Shown here piece after piece: positions 1 through 9,963 of a DNA stretch of 64,000 bases. How positions within the stretch are numbered: the first letter of the stretch is position 1; each line of letters begins with the position of its first letter. The stretch is from a candidate division FCPU426 bacterium (GTDB taxonomy: Bacteria > Oederibacteriota > JAAXVQ01 > JAUVAV01), in assembly GCA_040756875.1 (NCBI GenBank), contig JBFLYH010000001.1, forward strand, positions 480,001 to 544,000. Direction: 5' to 3'. Under the pieces are notes generated by a model. The model was given only the letters and a program-made list of their open reading frames with translations, did no database searches and was not told where the DNA came from. A program made the translations under genes and the position numbers.

Positions 1-1
1 C

Positions 2-358
2 GTTATGCGCTCGTTGGTATCCCAAGGAGATGGATGCATCATGGAATTCACTACCCAACCGCGCCTGATGAAGTTTATTGCGGAAAAGGGGTCGGTGGCG
101 CTTGACGGCGTCAGCTTGACGGTTTCAAGTTTAAAGAAACAAGACACATTTGCTGTAGCGGTCATTCCGCATACGCTCCGGAACACCACACTAGGAAAAT
201 GGAAAGTGGGAAAAAAGGTGAATCTCGAGGTGGATTTACTGGCCCGATATGCCGAGCGTTTGCTGGCGGTAGGCCGTTTGGACGGCGGGTTGACGCGGGA
301 AAAATTGGCGGCAGCCGGATTTGACGAAACCGGAGAAGTGGAGCAGACATCGTGGTGA
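2..358 (+). CDS. ribE: Riboflavin synthase alpha chain, C-terminal part (5' end outside window)
   Basis: [17 protein letters not shown] and VNLEVD motifs of the lumazine-binding domain; directly upstream of ribBA. Confidence 0.93.
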   Translation, partial: VMRSLVSQGDGCIMEFTTQPRLMKFIAEKGSVALDGVSLTVSSLKKQDTFAVAVIPHTLRNTTLGKWKVGKKVNLEVDLLARYAERLLAVGRLDGGLTREKLAAAGFDETGEVEQTSW

Positions 359-1551
359 AGATCAACCAAGCGTTGGAGGATATACGCAAAGGCAAAATGG
401 TCGTGGTCGTTGACGACGAGGATCGGGAGAACGAAGGTGATCTCCTGATGGTCGCCGAGAAGGCGACCCCTCAGACCGTTAATTTCATGGCGAGGTTCGG
501 GCGAGGCTTGATTTGCGTGCCTATGACCGGGGAGCATCTGGATCGATTGAGCCTGGGCGACATGGTCAGCGCCAATACGGACCGCTTAAGGACGGCGTTT
601 ACGGTGTCAGTGGACGCGAAGACCGGAGTAACCACCGGCATATCAGCCCATGACAGGGCTCATACCATAAGAATGCTGATCAACCCGGCCACGCAACCGG
701 CGGATTTGGTGAAACCCGGGCATATTTTCCCCTTACGCGCCCGCGAGGGGGGCGTCTTGAGCAGGGCAGGACATACCGAAGCGGCTGTCGATTTGGCCCG
801 TTTGGCAGGCATGATTCCTGCCGGGGTTATTTGCGAGATCATGAACGATGATGGCACCATGGCCCGCTTGCCGCAATTGAGGCGATTCGCCCGGCGACAT
901 GGATTGAAAATCATAAGCATTGCCGATTTGATAAAATTCCGTAGGCGCCATGAAAAGCTGGTGGCACGGGCGGCTCAAACAAATCTGCAAACCAAGTGGG
1001 GAACCTTTAAGTTGATCGCTTACGAGTCATTGGGAGAGCCGGGACCTCATTTGGCTCTGGTCAAAGGAGACATCGAAAAGCAGGGCAAACGTCTGCCTTT
1101 GGTGAGGGTGCATTCGGAATGCCTGACCGGAGACATCTTGGGTTCCATGCGCTGCGATTGCGGTGATCAATTGCATAAAGCCATGCAAATGATCGATAAA
1201 TCCGGTTTAGGTGTATTGCTGTATATGCGCCAGGAAGGACGAGGGATAGGCCTGATTAACAAGCTGAAAGCGTATCATTTACAGGACCACGGCTTGGATA
1301 CGGTTGAAGCCAACGAGAAATTGGGATTTCCGGCGGATTTGAGGGATTATGGGACCGGAGCTCAAATTTTAGCTGATCTGGGTCTGAAGCGCATTGCCTT
1401 AATTACGAATAATCCCAGGAAAATAATTGGTTTATCAGGTTATGGACTCGTGATAACCAAGCGAATTCCTCTTCAAGTTAAATATTCAGAAACGAACATT
1501 AACTATATTAAAACCAAGAAAAATAAGCTTGGGCATTATTTGAAAGTATAA
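352..1551 (+). CDS. ribBA: Bifunctional DHBP synthase / GTP cyclohydrolase II
   Basis: [32 protein letters not shown] and QEGRGIG motifs. Confidence 0.98.
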   Translation: MVKINQALEDIRKGKMVVVVDDEDRENEGDLLMVAEKATPQTVNFMARFGRGLICVPMTGEHLDRLSLGDMVSANTDRLRTAFTVSVDAKTGVTTGISAHDRAHTIRMLINPATQPADLVKPGHIFPLRAREGGVLSRAGHTEAAVDLARLAGMIPAGVICEIMNDDGTMARLPQLRRFARRHGLKIISIADLIKFRRRHEKLVARAAQTNLQTKWGTFKLIAYESLGEPGPHLALVKGDIEKQGKRLPLVRVHSECLTGDILGSMRCDCGDQLHKAMQMIDKSGLGVLLYMRQEGRGIGLINKLKAYHLQDHGLDTVEANEKLGFPADLRDYGTGAQILADLGLKRIALITNNPRKIIGLSGYGLVITKRIPLQVKYSETNINYIKTKKNKLGHYLKV

Positions 1552-1596
1552 CGCCTCAGATTAAGGCGGAAAACTGCAAAAGTGAGGTATGCTAGC

Positions 1597-2070
1597 ATGA
1601 AAACGTATGAAGGCAAGTTGGTTGTAAAAGGCAAGAAATTCATGATCATTGCCAGCCGCTTTAATGAATTTATCACTAAAAAGCTCTTGGATGGAGCCTT
1701 AGATGCCTTGATAAGGCATGGGGCGGTCGAAAATGACATCGAAATTGCATGGGTGCCAGGGGCGTTTGAACTGCCCTATTTGGCAAAGAAAGCCTCCGAA
1801 ACGAAGCGCTATGAAGCCATCATTTGTCTCGGGGCTATCATCCGGGGGGACACGCCCCATTTCAATTACGTGGCCGCCGAAGCCGCCAAAGGAGTGGCGC
1901 AAGCCGCCATGGCTTCCAACGTGCCGATTATTTTCGGCGTTCTGACAACCGATACCGTGGAACAGGCGGTTGAACGTGCGGGCACTAAAGCCGGGAATAA
2001 AGGCTTTGATGCGGCGGTCAGTGCGATCGAAATGGTCAATCTCTACGGCGAGATCGAGAAGGGAGCCTAG
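1597..2070 (+). CDS. ribH: 6,7-dimethyl-8-ribityllumazine synthase
   Basis: [25 protein letters not shown] 1597 after GAGG RBS. Confidence 0.97.
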   Translation: MKTYEGKLVVKGKKFMIIASRFNEFITKKLLDGALDALIRHGAVENDIEIAWVPGAFELPYLAKKASETKRYEAIICLGAIIRGDTPHFNYVAAEAAKGVAQAAMASNVPIIFGVLTTDTVEQAVERAGTKAGNKGFDAAVSAIEMVNLYGEIEKGA

Positions 2071-2523
2071 ATGGGGCGGAGACGCCAGGCACGGGAAATC
2101 GCCTTTAAAGTCATTTTCCAGGTTGATTTGGGCAAATTGGATCCCGAGGAAGTGATCCGGCATTCGCTGCTGCCGGCTCAGGCTTCGCCGGAAGTGACCT
2201 CTTATGCGGAACGCTTGATCCGCGGGGTGGTAGCGGAGCAAGCCCATCTGGACCGTCTGTTGGCCCAACGCGCCGAACGCTGGGAATTGGACCGGCTGTT
2301 GAGCGTTGACCGGAACTTGCTGCGGATGGCCGCTTACGAGTTGCTCCATTGCCCGGAAGTTCCGAAGAGCGTGGTCATCAACGAAGCTATCGAACTGGCC
2401 AAGAAATACAGCGGCGCGGACTCCGGGGGGTTTATCAACGCTTTATTGGACAAAGTGCTGCCCACCCCGGCCGAGTCCGACCATCCGCCTGCCAAGCGGC
2501 GTAAGACGGGAGAATCCGCTTGA
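2071..2523 (+). CDS. nusB: Transcription antitermination factor NusB
   Basis: RRRQARE N-terminus, VVINEAIELAKKY, FINALLD; usual ribH-nusB order. Confidence 0.96.
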   Translation: MGRRRQAREIAFKVIFQVDLGKLDPEEVIRHSLLPAQASPEVTSYAERLIRGVVAEQAHLDRLLAQRAERWELDRLLSVDRNLLRMAAYELLHCPEVPKSVVINEAIELAKKYSGADSGGFINALLDKVLPTPAESDHPPAKRRKTGESA

Positions 2524-2548
2524 CTTTGCCGGCAAGGGCAGTTATGAT
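2520..2548 (+). promoter_or_regulatory. Sigma70-type promoter for infC operon
   Basis: TTGACT (2520-2525), 17-bp spacer, TATGAT (2543-2548). Confidence 0.7.
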
Positions 2549-2577
2549 GACCGCACATTTGGAGCATTGCTCCCTCA

Positions 2578-2703
2578 CAAGTAGAAGCATCCGCTTCTCG
2601 CCCGGCGGCGCCTTCGGGTTGCCTGGCCAGGCTGGTTGAAATGAAATGGACCATGTTGATATACAAGCGGATGAATACGTTTTCATCCGCTTGTATTTTT
2701 TTT
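2578..2703 (+). promoter_or_regulatory. L20 leader (ribosomal protein L20-responsive attenuator) upstream of infC
   Basis: AGAAGCATCCGCTTCTC hairpin matching the Firmicutes-type L20 leader core; CATCCGCTT (2588-2596) can alternatively pair with AAGCGGATG in the terminator 5' arm. Confidence 0.85.
2661..2703 (+). terminator. Intrinsic terminator of the L20 leader
   Basis: Perfect 15-bp stem 2661-2675/2682-2696 followed by a T run. Confidence 0.88.
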
Positions 2704-2751
2704 GCCCGATTGCAAGGCCGGGGCGGCAACCATCACACTTGAGGAGGTGGG

Positions 2752-3330
2752 ATTATCACAGAACCACGCATTAACGAGGAGATCAGGGCCCGCGAAGTGC
2801 GCGTCGTAACCAGCGGTGGGGAACAATTGGGCGTGATGCCCCTGGTTGAAGCGCTGCGCCTGTCGGAGGAACAAGGGCAGGATTTGGTTGAAGTTTCGCC
2901 TGACGCCAAACCGCCGGTTTGCAAAATATTCGATTACGGCAAATTCCGCTTCGAACAGAGCAAACGGGAAAAAATGGCCAAGAAGCGACAACACACCATC
3001 CACATCAAAGAGATCAAATTCAGGCCGAAAATTGACACTCATGACTACCAGACCAAGCGCGGACATGTGGAGCGGTTTCTGGATGAAGGCCACAAGGTCA
3101 AAGTCACGATTATGTACCGCGGGCGGGAAATGGACCATGTGGAGTTGGGACGGAAGATTCTGGACAAGCTGATCGTCGACTTGGGCGATAAAGTGATGGT
3201 GGAATCCATGCCGCGCCTGGAAGGGCGCAATATGGTGATGATGGTCGCCCCGACGCTCAAACGTCCCGAAACACCGGTCAAGCCGGAAAAGAAAAAAAGC
3301 GAATCAGCGGATAACGAGAAAGTACTCTGA
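2752..3330 (+). CDS. infC: Translation initiation factor IF-3 (non-canonical ATT/ATC start)
   Basis: In-frame upstream extension of the listed ORF gives RINEEIRAREVRVV; GAGGAGGTG RBS at 2741-2749 before ATT 2752/ATC 2755; KEIKFRPKI motif. Confidence 0.96.
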   Translation: MITEPRINEEIRAREVRVVTSGGEQLGVMPLVEALRLSEEQGQDLVEVSPDAKPPVCKIFDYGKFRFEQSKREKMAKKRQHTIHIKEIKFRPKIDTHDYQTKRGHVERFLDEGHKVKVTIMYRGREMDHVELGRKILDKLIVDLGDKVMVESMPRLEGRNMVMMVAPTLKRPETPVKPEKKKSESADNEKVL

Positions 3331-3377
3331 CGCCGGAAGCACGTGACCGGCGATCGTTGGAAAAGGGAGACACCGAG

Positions 3378-3572
3378 ATGCCGAAATTGAAAACCAAGAA
3401 AAAAGCGGCGAAACGCCTGCGCGTGACTAAAACCGGCAAAGTGCTGGCCAAAGCTCCGGGCCGCAGGCATTTATTGGGGGACAAGTCGCCTAAAAAGATA
3501 CGCCAGATGCGCCAGAATATAGAGATCCGAGGACGCCAGGCGCGTGTGATCAAGACCCTGCTGCCATACTGA
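3378..3572 (+). CDS. rpmI: 50S ribosomal protein L35
   Basis: MPKLKTKKKAAKRLRVTKTGKV; between infC and rplT. Confidence 0.96.
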   Translation: MPKLKTKKKAAKRLRVTKTGKVLAKAPGRRHLLGDKSPKKIRQMRQNIEIRGRQARVIKTLLPY

Positions 3573-3710
3573 GGTCGGCGGGCAGTATCGAGAGCTTGGG
3601 CAACTTCACATCAAATCCTCACGCAGGGTTTGCAGTAATAACCTTGGCGCGGGAATAGGACTGTCAGTAGCAGACCGACCTGGATCAGGTCATGAGGAGG
3701 TTTATTACAA

Positions 3711-4070
3711 ATGGCTAGAGTTAAAGGGGGCGTAACCACGCGCGCCCGCAAAAAGAAAGTCTTCAAGCAGACCAAAGGCTATTGGGGAGCGAAAAAAAAC
3801 CAGTTTCAGCAGGCCAAGGAACAGGTCCGGCGCAGCCTCCGGTATGGCACCCGCGACCGCCGGGCGCGTAAGCGTGAATATCGGGCGTTGTGGATCGCCC
3901 GCATCAACGCCGCCGCCCGCGGAAATGGCATGACCTATTCGCAGTTCATCCGCGGCTTGAAAAACGCGGCCATCACCATCGACCGGAAAGTGCTGGCCGA
4001 GCTTGCTGCGACCGACGCCAAGGCGTTTGCGGAAATCGCCGCGCTGGCCAAGCAGTCGCTGGCCGCTTAA
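3711..4070 (+). CDS. rplT: 50S ribosomal protein L20
   Basis: MARVKGG, RALWIARINAA, DRKVLAELA. Confidence 0.98.
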   Translation: MARVKGGVTTRARKKKVFKQTKGYWGAKKNQFQQAKEQVRRSLRYGTRDRRARKREYRALWIARINAAARGNGMTYSQFIRGLKNAAITIDRKVLAELAATDAKAFAEIAALAKQSLAA

Positions 4071-4081
4071 GGAGCAAACCC

Positions 4082-4915
4082 CTGTCAGCTCTCACCCCTC
4101 TCTCCAAGCGGCGTATGGGAAAAATCCGCGCCTTGCAGTCCAAGAAAGAACGCCAAACCACCGGAATGACGCTGGTGGAAGGGGAGCGTTTGGTGGGCGA
4201 TACGCTGCGGGAAGGTGTGAATCTGGAATCAGTCGTGGCCACAGCGGAGGTTTGGGCGCGGCGCGTTGATTTGGTGCACGCCTGCGCCACAGCCGGCATC
4301 CAGACCCTGGTTGCCACGCCGAAGCAGTTTGATTTCCTCGCCACCACCGATCATCCTTCGGGCATGTTGGCTGTGGCCGCCTGCCCGGTCTGGCGCGAGG
4401 AGCAAATCTGGGCTAAAGCCCAGGGCGAGACTTTTTTCGGAACCTTGCTGGTCGCATTGCAGGATCCGGGAAATTTCGGAACTTTGGTAAGGACGCTGGC
4501 TGCCGCCGGAGGGTCCGGCATGTGGGTCAGTGAGGGAAATACGGAGAGTGCTTCCCCCAAAGCGGTGCGGGCTTCGGCAGGCGCGGTTTTTCATCTCCCG
4601 GTGGTTTCCGAAGCTGACCCGTTGCGCGTGATCAAGCGTTGTCGCGAGCGCGGAGTGCAGTGTTTGGCGGCTGCGCCCCGCCAAGGCAGGCCCCATACGT
4701 CCCTGGATTTGACCAAACCCAGCTTGCTGGTGCTGGGGGGGGAGGGCGGAGGGCTTCCGACGGAGGTTATCGGAGCCTGCGACCAACGAGTGCAGATTCC
4801 CATGCCCGGAGAAGTTGAATCGCTGAATGTGGCGACAGCAGGCGCGATTTTGATGTTTGAAGGGGTGCGCCAGCGGCGTTTAGCGCAGGGGGCGGACCGG
4901 AGGAACAAGTCGTGA
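4082..4915 (+). CDS. TrmH/SpoU family RNA 2'-O-methyltransferase (start uncertain: CTG 4082 or ATG 4115)
   Basis: LQDPGNFGTLVRT, GGEGGGL, IPMPGEVESLNVATA SPOUT motifs; AAGGAG RBS 7 nt before CTG 4082. Confidence 0.9.
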   Translation: MSALTPLSKRRMGKIRALQSKKERQTTGMTLVEGERLVGDTLREGVNLESVVATAEVWARRVDLVHACATAGIQTLVATPKQFDFLATTDHPSGMLAVAACPVWREEQIWAKAQGETFFGTLLVALQDPGNFGTLVRTLAAAGGSGMWVSEGNTESASPKAVRASAGAVFHLPVVSEADPLRVIKRCRERGVQCLAAAPRQGRPHTSLDLTKPSLLVLGGEGGGLPTEVIGACDQRVQIPMPGEVESLNVATAGAILMFEGVRQRRLAQGADRRNKS

Positions 4916-5925
4916 AAGGGCAATTGAACGAAGTATTGCAGGCGCAGCGCGAAGCGATCGCCCAGGCCGGCGACTTGAAACAGTTGGACGATCTCCGTGT
5001 GCGCATTCTGGGACGAAAAGGCGAATTAACCGAGCTTTTGCACGGATTGAAGGATTTGCCGTCCGAACAAAGGCGCGAAATCGGACAACTGGCCAATCAG
5101 GTGAAAGAAGAGCTGACGAACCTGATCGAGGAAAAAGCCAGGGCACTCAAGCAGGCCAGTTGGGCGGCGGATGAAACCATGCGTCTTGATCCCTCGCTGC
5201 CCGGCCGGCCGAGGGAACTCGGCAAGGCCCATATCCTTTACCGCGTTGCGGACGCTGTCGAGGAAATTTTCACTGGCATGGGTTTTTCGGTGGCCGAAGG
5301 GCCGGAGGTGGAGACCGATTACTACAATTTCCAGGCCATGAATTTCCCGGAGGACCATCCGTCACGCGATATGCATGATACGCTGTTTCTTTCGGAGCAA
5401 GTCCTGCTTAGAACCCATACCTCTCCGGTCCAGACGCGTTACATGGAAAAGCATAAGCCGCCGATTCGCGTGATAATTCCAGGGAAAACATATCGACATG
5501 ATGACGATGCCACTCATTCGCCTATGTTTCATCAGATGGAAGGTTTGATGGTGGATCATGATGTTTCTTTTTCTGATTTGAAGACGGTGCTAACGCTGTT
5601 CGTTCAGAAAATGTTCGGTCAGAATGCACGATTGCGGTTTCGACCCGGATTTTTCCCTTTCACCGAGCCGTCGGCCGAGATCGACATGAGCTGCCATAAA
5701 TGCCAGGGAAAAGGTTGTTCCTTGTGCAAAGGCACGGGATGGTTGGAAATTCTCGGCGCTGGAATGGTGCATCCGAATGTATTGCGCATGGGCGGGATCG
5801 ATCCCGAACAGTACACGGGGTTTGCTTTCGGCATGGGCATAGAACGCATTACCATGCTCAAACACGGGATCGACAATATCCGCTACTTGTTCGAGAATGA
5901 TCTGCGGTTTCTTAATCAGTTTTGA
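4912..5925 (+). CDS. pheS: Phenylalanyl-tRNA synthetase alpha subunit
   Basis: LRTHTSPVQ, FHQMEG, FPFTEPSAE, CxxC..CxxC insert, GFAFGMGIER. Confidence 0.98.
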   Translation: MKGQLNEVLQAQREAIAQAGDLKQLDDLRVRILGRKGELTELLHGLKDLPSEQRREIGQLANQVKEELTNLIEEKARALKQASWAADETMRLDPSLPGRPRELGKAHILYRVADAVEEIFTGMGFSVAEGPEVETDYYNFQAMNFPEDHPSRDMHDTLFLSEQVLLRTHTSPVQTRYMEKHKPPIRVIIPGKTYRHDDDATHSPMFHQMEGLMVDHDVSFSDLKTVLTLFVQKMFGQNARLRFRPGFFPFTEPSAEIDMSCHKCQGKGCSLCKGTGWLEILGAGMVHPNVLRMGGIDPEQYTGFAFGMGIERITMLKHGIDNIRYLFENDLRFLNQF

Positions 5926-5926
5926 G

Positions 5927-6403
5927 TCATTGCGGTTTGAGCGATTTTTCCAGCCGGGGGATGAAGGGCCGTCCGATCTTTAAAAGGGGCGGAGCCAAAC
6001 GGGAATTTTCCACGACTTTTGAACCCAGCGGCCTGGCGTAATTATCGAGCATGGTTACCCCGACCAGGAGCAAGCCTGACATAACCACTAGCGCCAACAG
6101 GGCTCCCAGGACCCGGTCCAACCAGGCCATCTGAATATGATCGATTGACCTGGCGAGCAGACTGAAAAAAACGGCCAGGATGATCGCTACAGCGCTGAAA
6201 ACCGTCAGCCAGGCCAGGGTTCCCCCCAATAGGGGGGAGAAATGACGGTACAAATCGGCCAACTGACCCTGAAAATGATTGGCAGTCCAGATGCCCGCAG
6301 CCAGGGAAACGGCGAGTCCTAAAAGGTTCAACGCCCGGAATTTCCATCCGAGCAGTGTGGCAAGCAGCAGCAGGATCAGGATCAGCAAATCCAAAACATT
6401 CAT
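5927..6403 (-). CDS. CvpA (colicin V production) family membrane protein
   Basis: MNVLDLLIL start, four hydrophobic segments, WLDRVLGA and S.LAP motifs. Confidence 0.8.
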   Translation of the reverse strand: MNVLDLLILILLLLATLLGWKFRALNLLGLAVSLAAGIWTANHFQGQLADLYRHFSPLLGGTLAWLTVFSAVAIILAVFFSLLARSIDHIQMAWLDRVLGALLALVVMSGLLLVGVTMLDNYARPLGSKVVENSRLAPPLLKIGRPFIPRLEKSLKPQ

Positions 6404-6560
6404 ATTCGCGCTTCCTTGGGGAGTTCGGGTCATCGTATCATTGATGGGGAAACCCTGTCAAGACGCGCGAGATTTCGACCTTGCCTGGGGTGGCAACCCG
6501 TAGGATAATGACTCGAAACGAGCCCGTGCTTTGAACGGGTCCGGGGGACTGGAAACTACG

Positions 6561-7691
6561 ATGGACAAAGAAGAAAAGAAAATCATTGTTAAAGTTGCCT
6601 ATAATTACGTGCAACAAGGGAAGCTGGATCGGGCCTTGGAGGAGTATAAAAAGCTCGTGGCCATCGATCCCATGGATTTCCTTGTCCACAGCATGATGGC
6701 GGAAATTTACGTTAAAAAAGGCGACAAAGACCAAGCGGTTGGGGAATTCCTCAAAGCCGGCAGTTTGTTGCGAGCCACGAACAATTTCGAAAAAGCGGTT
6801 CACGCTTACAACCATATTCTCAAACTCGATCCATCCCATGCAGAAGCCAGTTCCAAAATCGATGAAATCGTGCGGACGCGGTTGGTGGAAATCGACGATT
6901 TGTTGCGGCGCGGTCTGAATTCCAATGCCAATGAAATGTGCGAGCGGCTGCTGCAACGGCTGCCTCAGCATCCGGTTTTGGAGGCCAAACTCAAGGAAAT
7001 CGAACAGGCGGGAAGCGCCAAAGCCAAGAGCCCGGCCTCGCCCGTCGAGGAGCAGCGTACGAACGCCGAGATGCTCTCCAATCTGATGCTAATGGCCAAA
7101 CAGTACGAAGCGCAGGAATCATGGGAAGAAGCCGTGGAGGCCTACATCACGGTCCTGCGTTTGCAGCCGAAAAACGAGGAAGCGCAGGAAAAATTGCGCG
7201 AGATCTACCGCCATCTCTCCCGCAAGGAAAAGTCTCAGGTCGTATGGGACCGGATCAGCGCCGAACGCCAAAAATCCGTCGAACAGGCCAAGTTGATCGC
7301 GAAAACCCAGGAAAAGCCCCAAACCGAGTCCGCGGTATCGCGGTTGATGAACCGGATTGCCCAGGAAAGCGCGCCGCAGCCCAAAGCCCAGCCAACCCAG
7401 GATTTGGACCGTTTGCGCCAACAAGCCGAGGAAAAACTCCGCCTGGCCGTCCAGGACCGGCGCGAACGGGAGCGCCAGAAAATACAGCCTTCAGAGGAGC
7501 CCGTTTCGCGTCGCGCCGAGGCCGAAGGCGAATCCAACGTCCAGTTGCTGCTCACCCAGGCCCAGATGTACGTGCAGCAAAACCTGCTCGCAGATGCCAT
7601 GCGGCTGGCGCAGAACATCCTGGAGCAGGATCCACAAAATAAGGATGTGCGCGGCATCCTGTTGCAGATCTTTCAAAAAAAGAACATCTAG
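6561..7691 (+). CDS. Cytoplasmic TPR-repeat protein
   Basis: Repeated A..Y..(I/V)L.LDP TPR units separated by Q/E/P-rich coiled linkers; no signal peptide. Confidence 0.8.
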   Translation: MDKEEKKIIVKVAYNYVQQGKLDRALEEYKKLVAIDPMDFLVHSMMAEIYVKKGDKDQAVGEFLKAGSLLRATNNFEKAVHAYNHILKLDPSHAEASSKIDEIVRTRLVEIDDLLRRGLNSNANEMCERLLQRLPQHPVLEAKLKEIEQAGSAKAKSPASPVEEQRTNAEMLSNLMLMAKQYEAQESWEEAVEAYITVLRLQPKNEEAQEKLREIYRHLSRKEKSQVVWDRISAERQKSVEQAKLIAKTQEKPQTESAVSRLMNRIAQESAPQPKAQPTQDLDRLRQQAEEKLRLAVQDRRERERQKIQPSEEPVSRRAEAEGESNVQLLLTQAQMYVQQNLLADAMRLAQNILEQDPQNKDVRGILLQIFQKKNI

Positions 7692-7806
7692 CAGGGTGCT
7701 GAAAATCCTATCTATTCCTTTGGCGCCCTGCTACCCCTTGAAAAAACTCTGGTTTTTCAAGGGGTGTTCAACGCTGCGCGAGCGACTATAGTCATCAGCC
7801 TGCTAG
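7688..7806. mobile_element. MITE-like structured repeat, copy 1
   Basis: Terminal IR TAGCAGG(G/C)TG(C/A)TGA, bounded by CTAG at both ends; internal 12-bp hairpin 7734-7745/7753-7764; homologous to 11839-11958 in reverse orientation. Confidence 0.72.
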
Positions 7807-7860
7807 TTCACCCGTTTTTTCCCGAGCTGGAACCCAAACAACGTCGTGGGGCGGTGGGCC

Positions 7861-9957
7861 GTGGAATTCAAGTTGAAATCGGAATATCAGCCCAGCGGCG
7901 ATCAGCCCCAAGCCATTGAGGCGTTGGTGCGGCATTTGGGGGAAGGCGCTCCGGCGGCGACGCTTCTGGGCGTGACCGGCTCGGGCAAGACCTTCACCGT
8001 CGCCAATGTCATCGCGCGCTTGCAGCGCCCCACCCTGGTCATTTCCCACAATAAAACCCTGGCTGCCCAACTGTACGGCGAATTCCAGGAGTTTTTTCCC
8101 GAAAACGCGGTCCGTTATTTCGTGTCCTATTACGATTACTACCAACCCGAGGCCTATTTGCCGGGAAGCGACACTTATATCGAAAAGGACGCATCGATCA
8201 ATGAGGAATTGGACCGGCTGAGGCTGGAGGCCACCCACGCCTTGCTGGAGCGGCGGGACACCATCGTGGTGGCCTCCGTATCCTGCATTTACGGCATCGG
8301 CTCTCCGGAGGTGTACCGCAACCTGTTCCTCGAACTGACGCCCGGCCAGACCGTCGCCCGCGAGGAGTTTCTGCACCGGTTGGTGGAAATGCTCTATACG
8401 CGGGGCGATATGGATTTTTTCCAAGGGCGTTTCCGTGTCAAAGGGGATGTGGTGGAAGTGTTTCCGCCGTACGGCGAACAGGCCGTGCGGATTGATTTTT
8501 TCGGCTCGGCGATCGAAAAGCTCAGTTTGATCGATCCCCTGACCGGTGAAGTGAAGCAGCCACTGGCGCGGGTGAAGATCTATCCGGCCCGTCATTATGT
8601 CATGCCCTACGACCAGATCGAACGCGCGACCGGCTCGATCCAGCAGGAACTGGGCGAATGGCTGCCACAACTGGAGCGCGCCGGCAAACCGCTGGAGGCC
8701 GAGCGCCTCAAACGCCGCACCGTGTTCGACCTGGAAATGATCCGCGAACTGGGATATTGCCAGGGCATCGAGAACTACTCCCGGCACATGGACGGCCGGA
8801 TGCCCGGCCAACCGCCGTATACGCTGCTGGATTACCTGCCCGCGGACAGCCTGGTGGTGATCGACGAGTCGCACGCCACGGTGCCGCAGCTGCGGGGCAT
8901 GCACAACGGCGACCGCTCGCGCAAACAGACTCTGGTGGATTTCGGTTTCCGGCTTCCCTCGGCTTTCGACAACCGCCCCCTGGTATTCGGGGAATTCGAG
9001 GAGCGCGTCCGCCAGCTGCTTTTTGTTTCAGCTACGCCCGCTTCCTACGAGCTGGCGCGCAGCCAGGGCCGGGTGGTGGAACAGGTCATTCGACCCACCG
9101 GCCTCATGGATCCGATGATCAACGTTCATCCGCTGGCCGACCAGGTGGATCATTTGCTGGGGGAGATCCGCAAACGGGTGGAGAGGAAGGAACGGGTTTT
9201 GGTGACGACCCTGACCAAGCGCATGGCCGAGGACCTGACGACCTACCTGACCCAGATGGAAGTCAAAGCCCGCTACCTGCATTCGGACATCGACACTCTG
9301 GACCGCGTGAAAATCATCCAGGCCCTGCGGGCCGGCGAGTTCGACTGCCTGGTCGGGATCAACCTGCTGCGGGAAGGGCTGGACCTGCCGGAAGTGTCCC
9401 TGGTCGCGATTCTCGACGCGGACAAGGAAGGATTCCTCCGCTCCGCGACCTCCCTGGTGCAGACCATCGGGCGCGCGGCCCGGCACGTCAATGGCGAGGT
9501 GATCTTGTACGCGGACCAGATGACACAATCCCTCCAGCGTGCCTTGTCCGAAACCAACCGCCGCCGGGACCTCCAGATGGCGTACAACACGGCCCACCAG
9601 ATCACTCCGGAAGGCATCCGTAAGAACCTGCGGAACATCCTGGCCTCGGTGTATGAAATGGATTATTTCACCATTCCGGCCGTGGCCGAAGGCCGGGAGG
9701 AATACCTGACGCCGGAACAGGTGCCGCGGCGCGTGCTGGCGCTGGAAGCGGAAATGAAAAAGGCGGCCGCCGCCCTGGATTTCGAACGCGCGGCGGAGTT
9801 GCGCGACCAGATCGCCGAGCTGCGCCACTTGCATCCCGGCCGCGCAGTGCTGCCGATCGGACGTCCGGACGCCGGACCGGGCCGCAGCCGCCGCGCTCCG
9901 CGCCGCGTGCCACGCCGCGTGGAGAAGCGCGTCGCCCGGCGTCTGGGCCGGGGCTGA
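7861..9957 (+). CDS. uvrB: Excinuclease ABC subunit B
   Basis: [35 protein letters not shown]-terminal UVR domain; start GTG 7861 or 7846. Confidence 0.98.
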   Translation: MEFKLKSEYQPSGDQPQAIEALVRHLGEGAPAATLLGVTGSGKTFTVANVIARLQRPTLVISHNKTLAAQLYGEFQEFFPENAVRYFVSYYDYYQPEAYLPGSDTYIEKDASINEELDRLRLEATHALLERRDTIVVASVSCIYGIGSPEVYRNLFLELTPGQTVAREEFLHRLVEMLYTRGDMDFFQGRFRVKGDVVEVFPPYGEQAVRIDFFGSAIEKLSLIDPLTGEVKQPLARVKIYPARHYVMPYDQIERATGSIQQELGEWLPQLERAGKPLEAERLKRRTVFDLEMIRELGYCQGIENYSRHMDGRMPGQPPYTLLDYLPADSLVVIDESHATVPQLRGMHNGDRSRKQTLVDFGFRLPSAFDNRPLVFGEFEERVRQLLFVSATPASYELARSQGRVVEQVIRPTGLMDPMINVHPLADQVDHLLGEIRKRVERKERVLVTTLTKRMAEDLTTYLTQMEVKARYLHSDIDTLDRVKIIQALRAGEFDCLVGINLLREGLDLPEVSLVAILDADKEGFLRSATSLVQTIGRAARHVNGEVILYADQMTQSLQRALSETNRRRDLQMAYNTAHQITPEGIRKNLRNILASVYEMDYFTIPAVAEGREEYLTPEQVPRRVLALEAEMKKAAAALDFERAAELRDQIAELRHLHPGRAVLPIGRPDAGPGRSRRAPRRVPRRVEKRVARRLGRG

Positions 9958-9963
9958 CCTTTC

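Noticed and set aside
9830-9957. Arg-rich C-terminal tail of UvrB
   Set aside because: Basic low-complexity tails are common in UvrB; no sign of a frameshift
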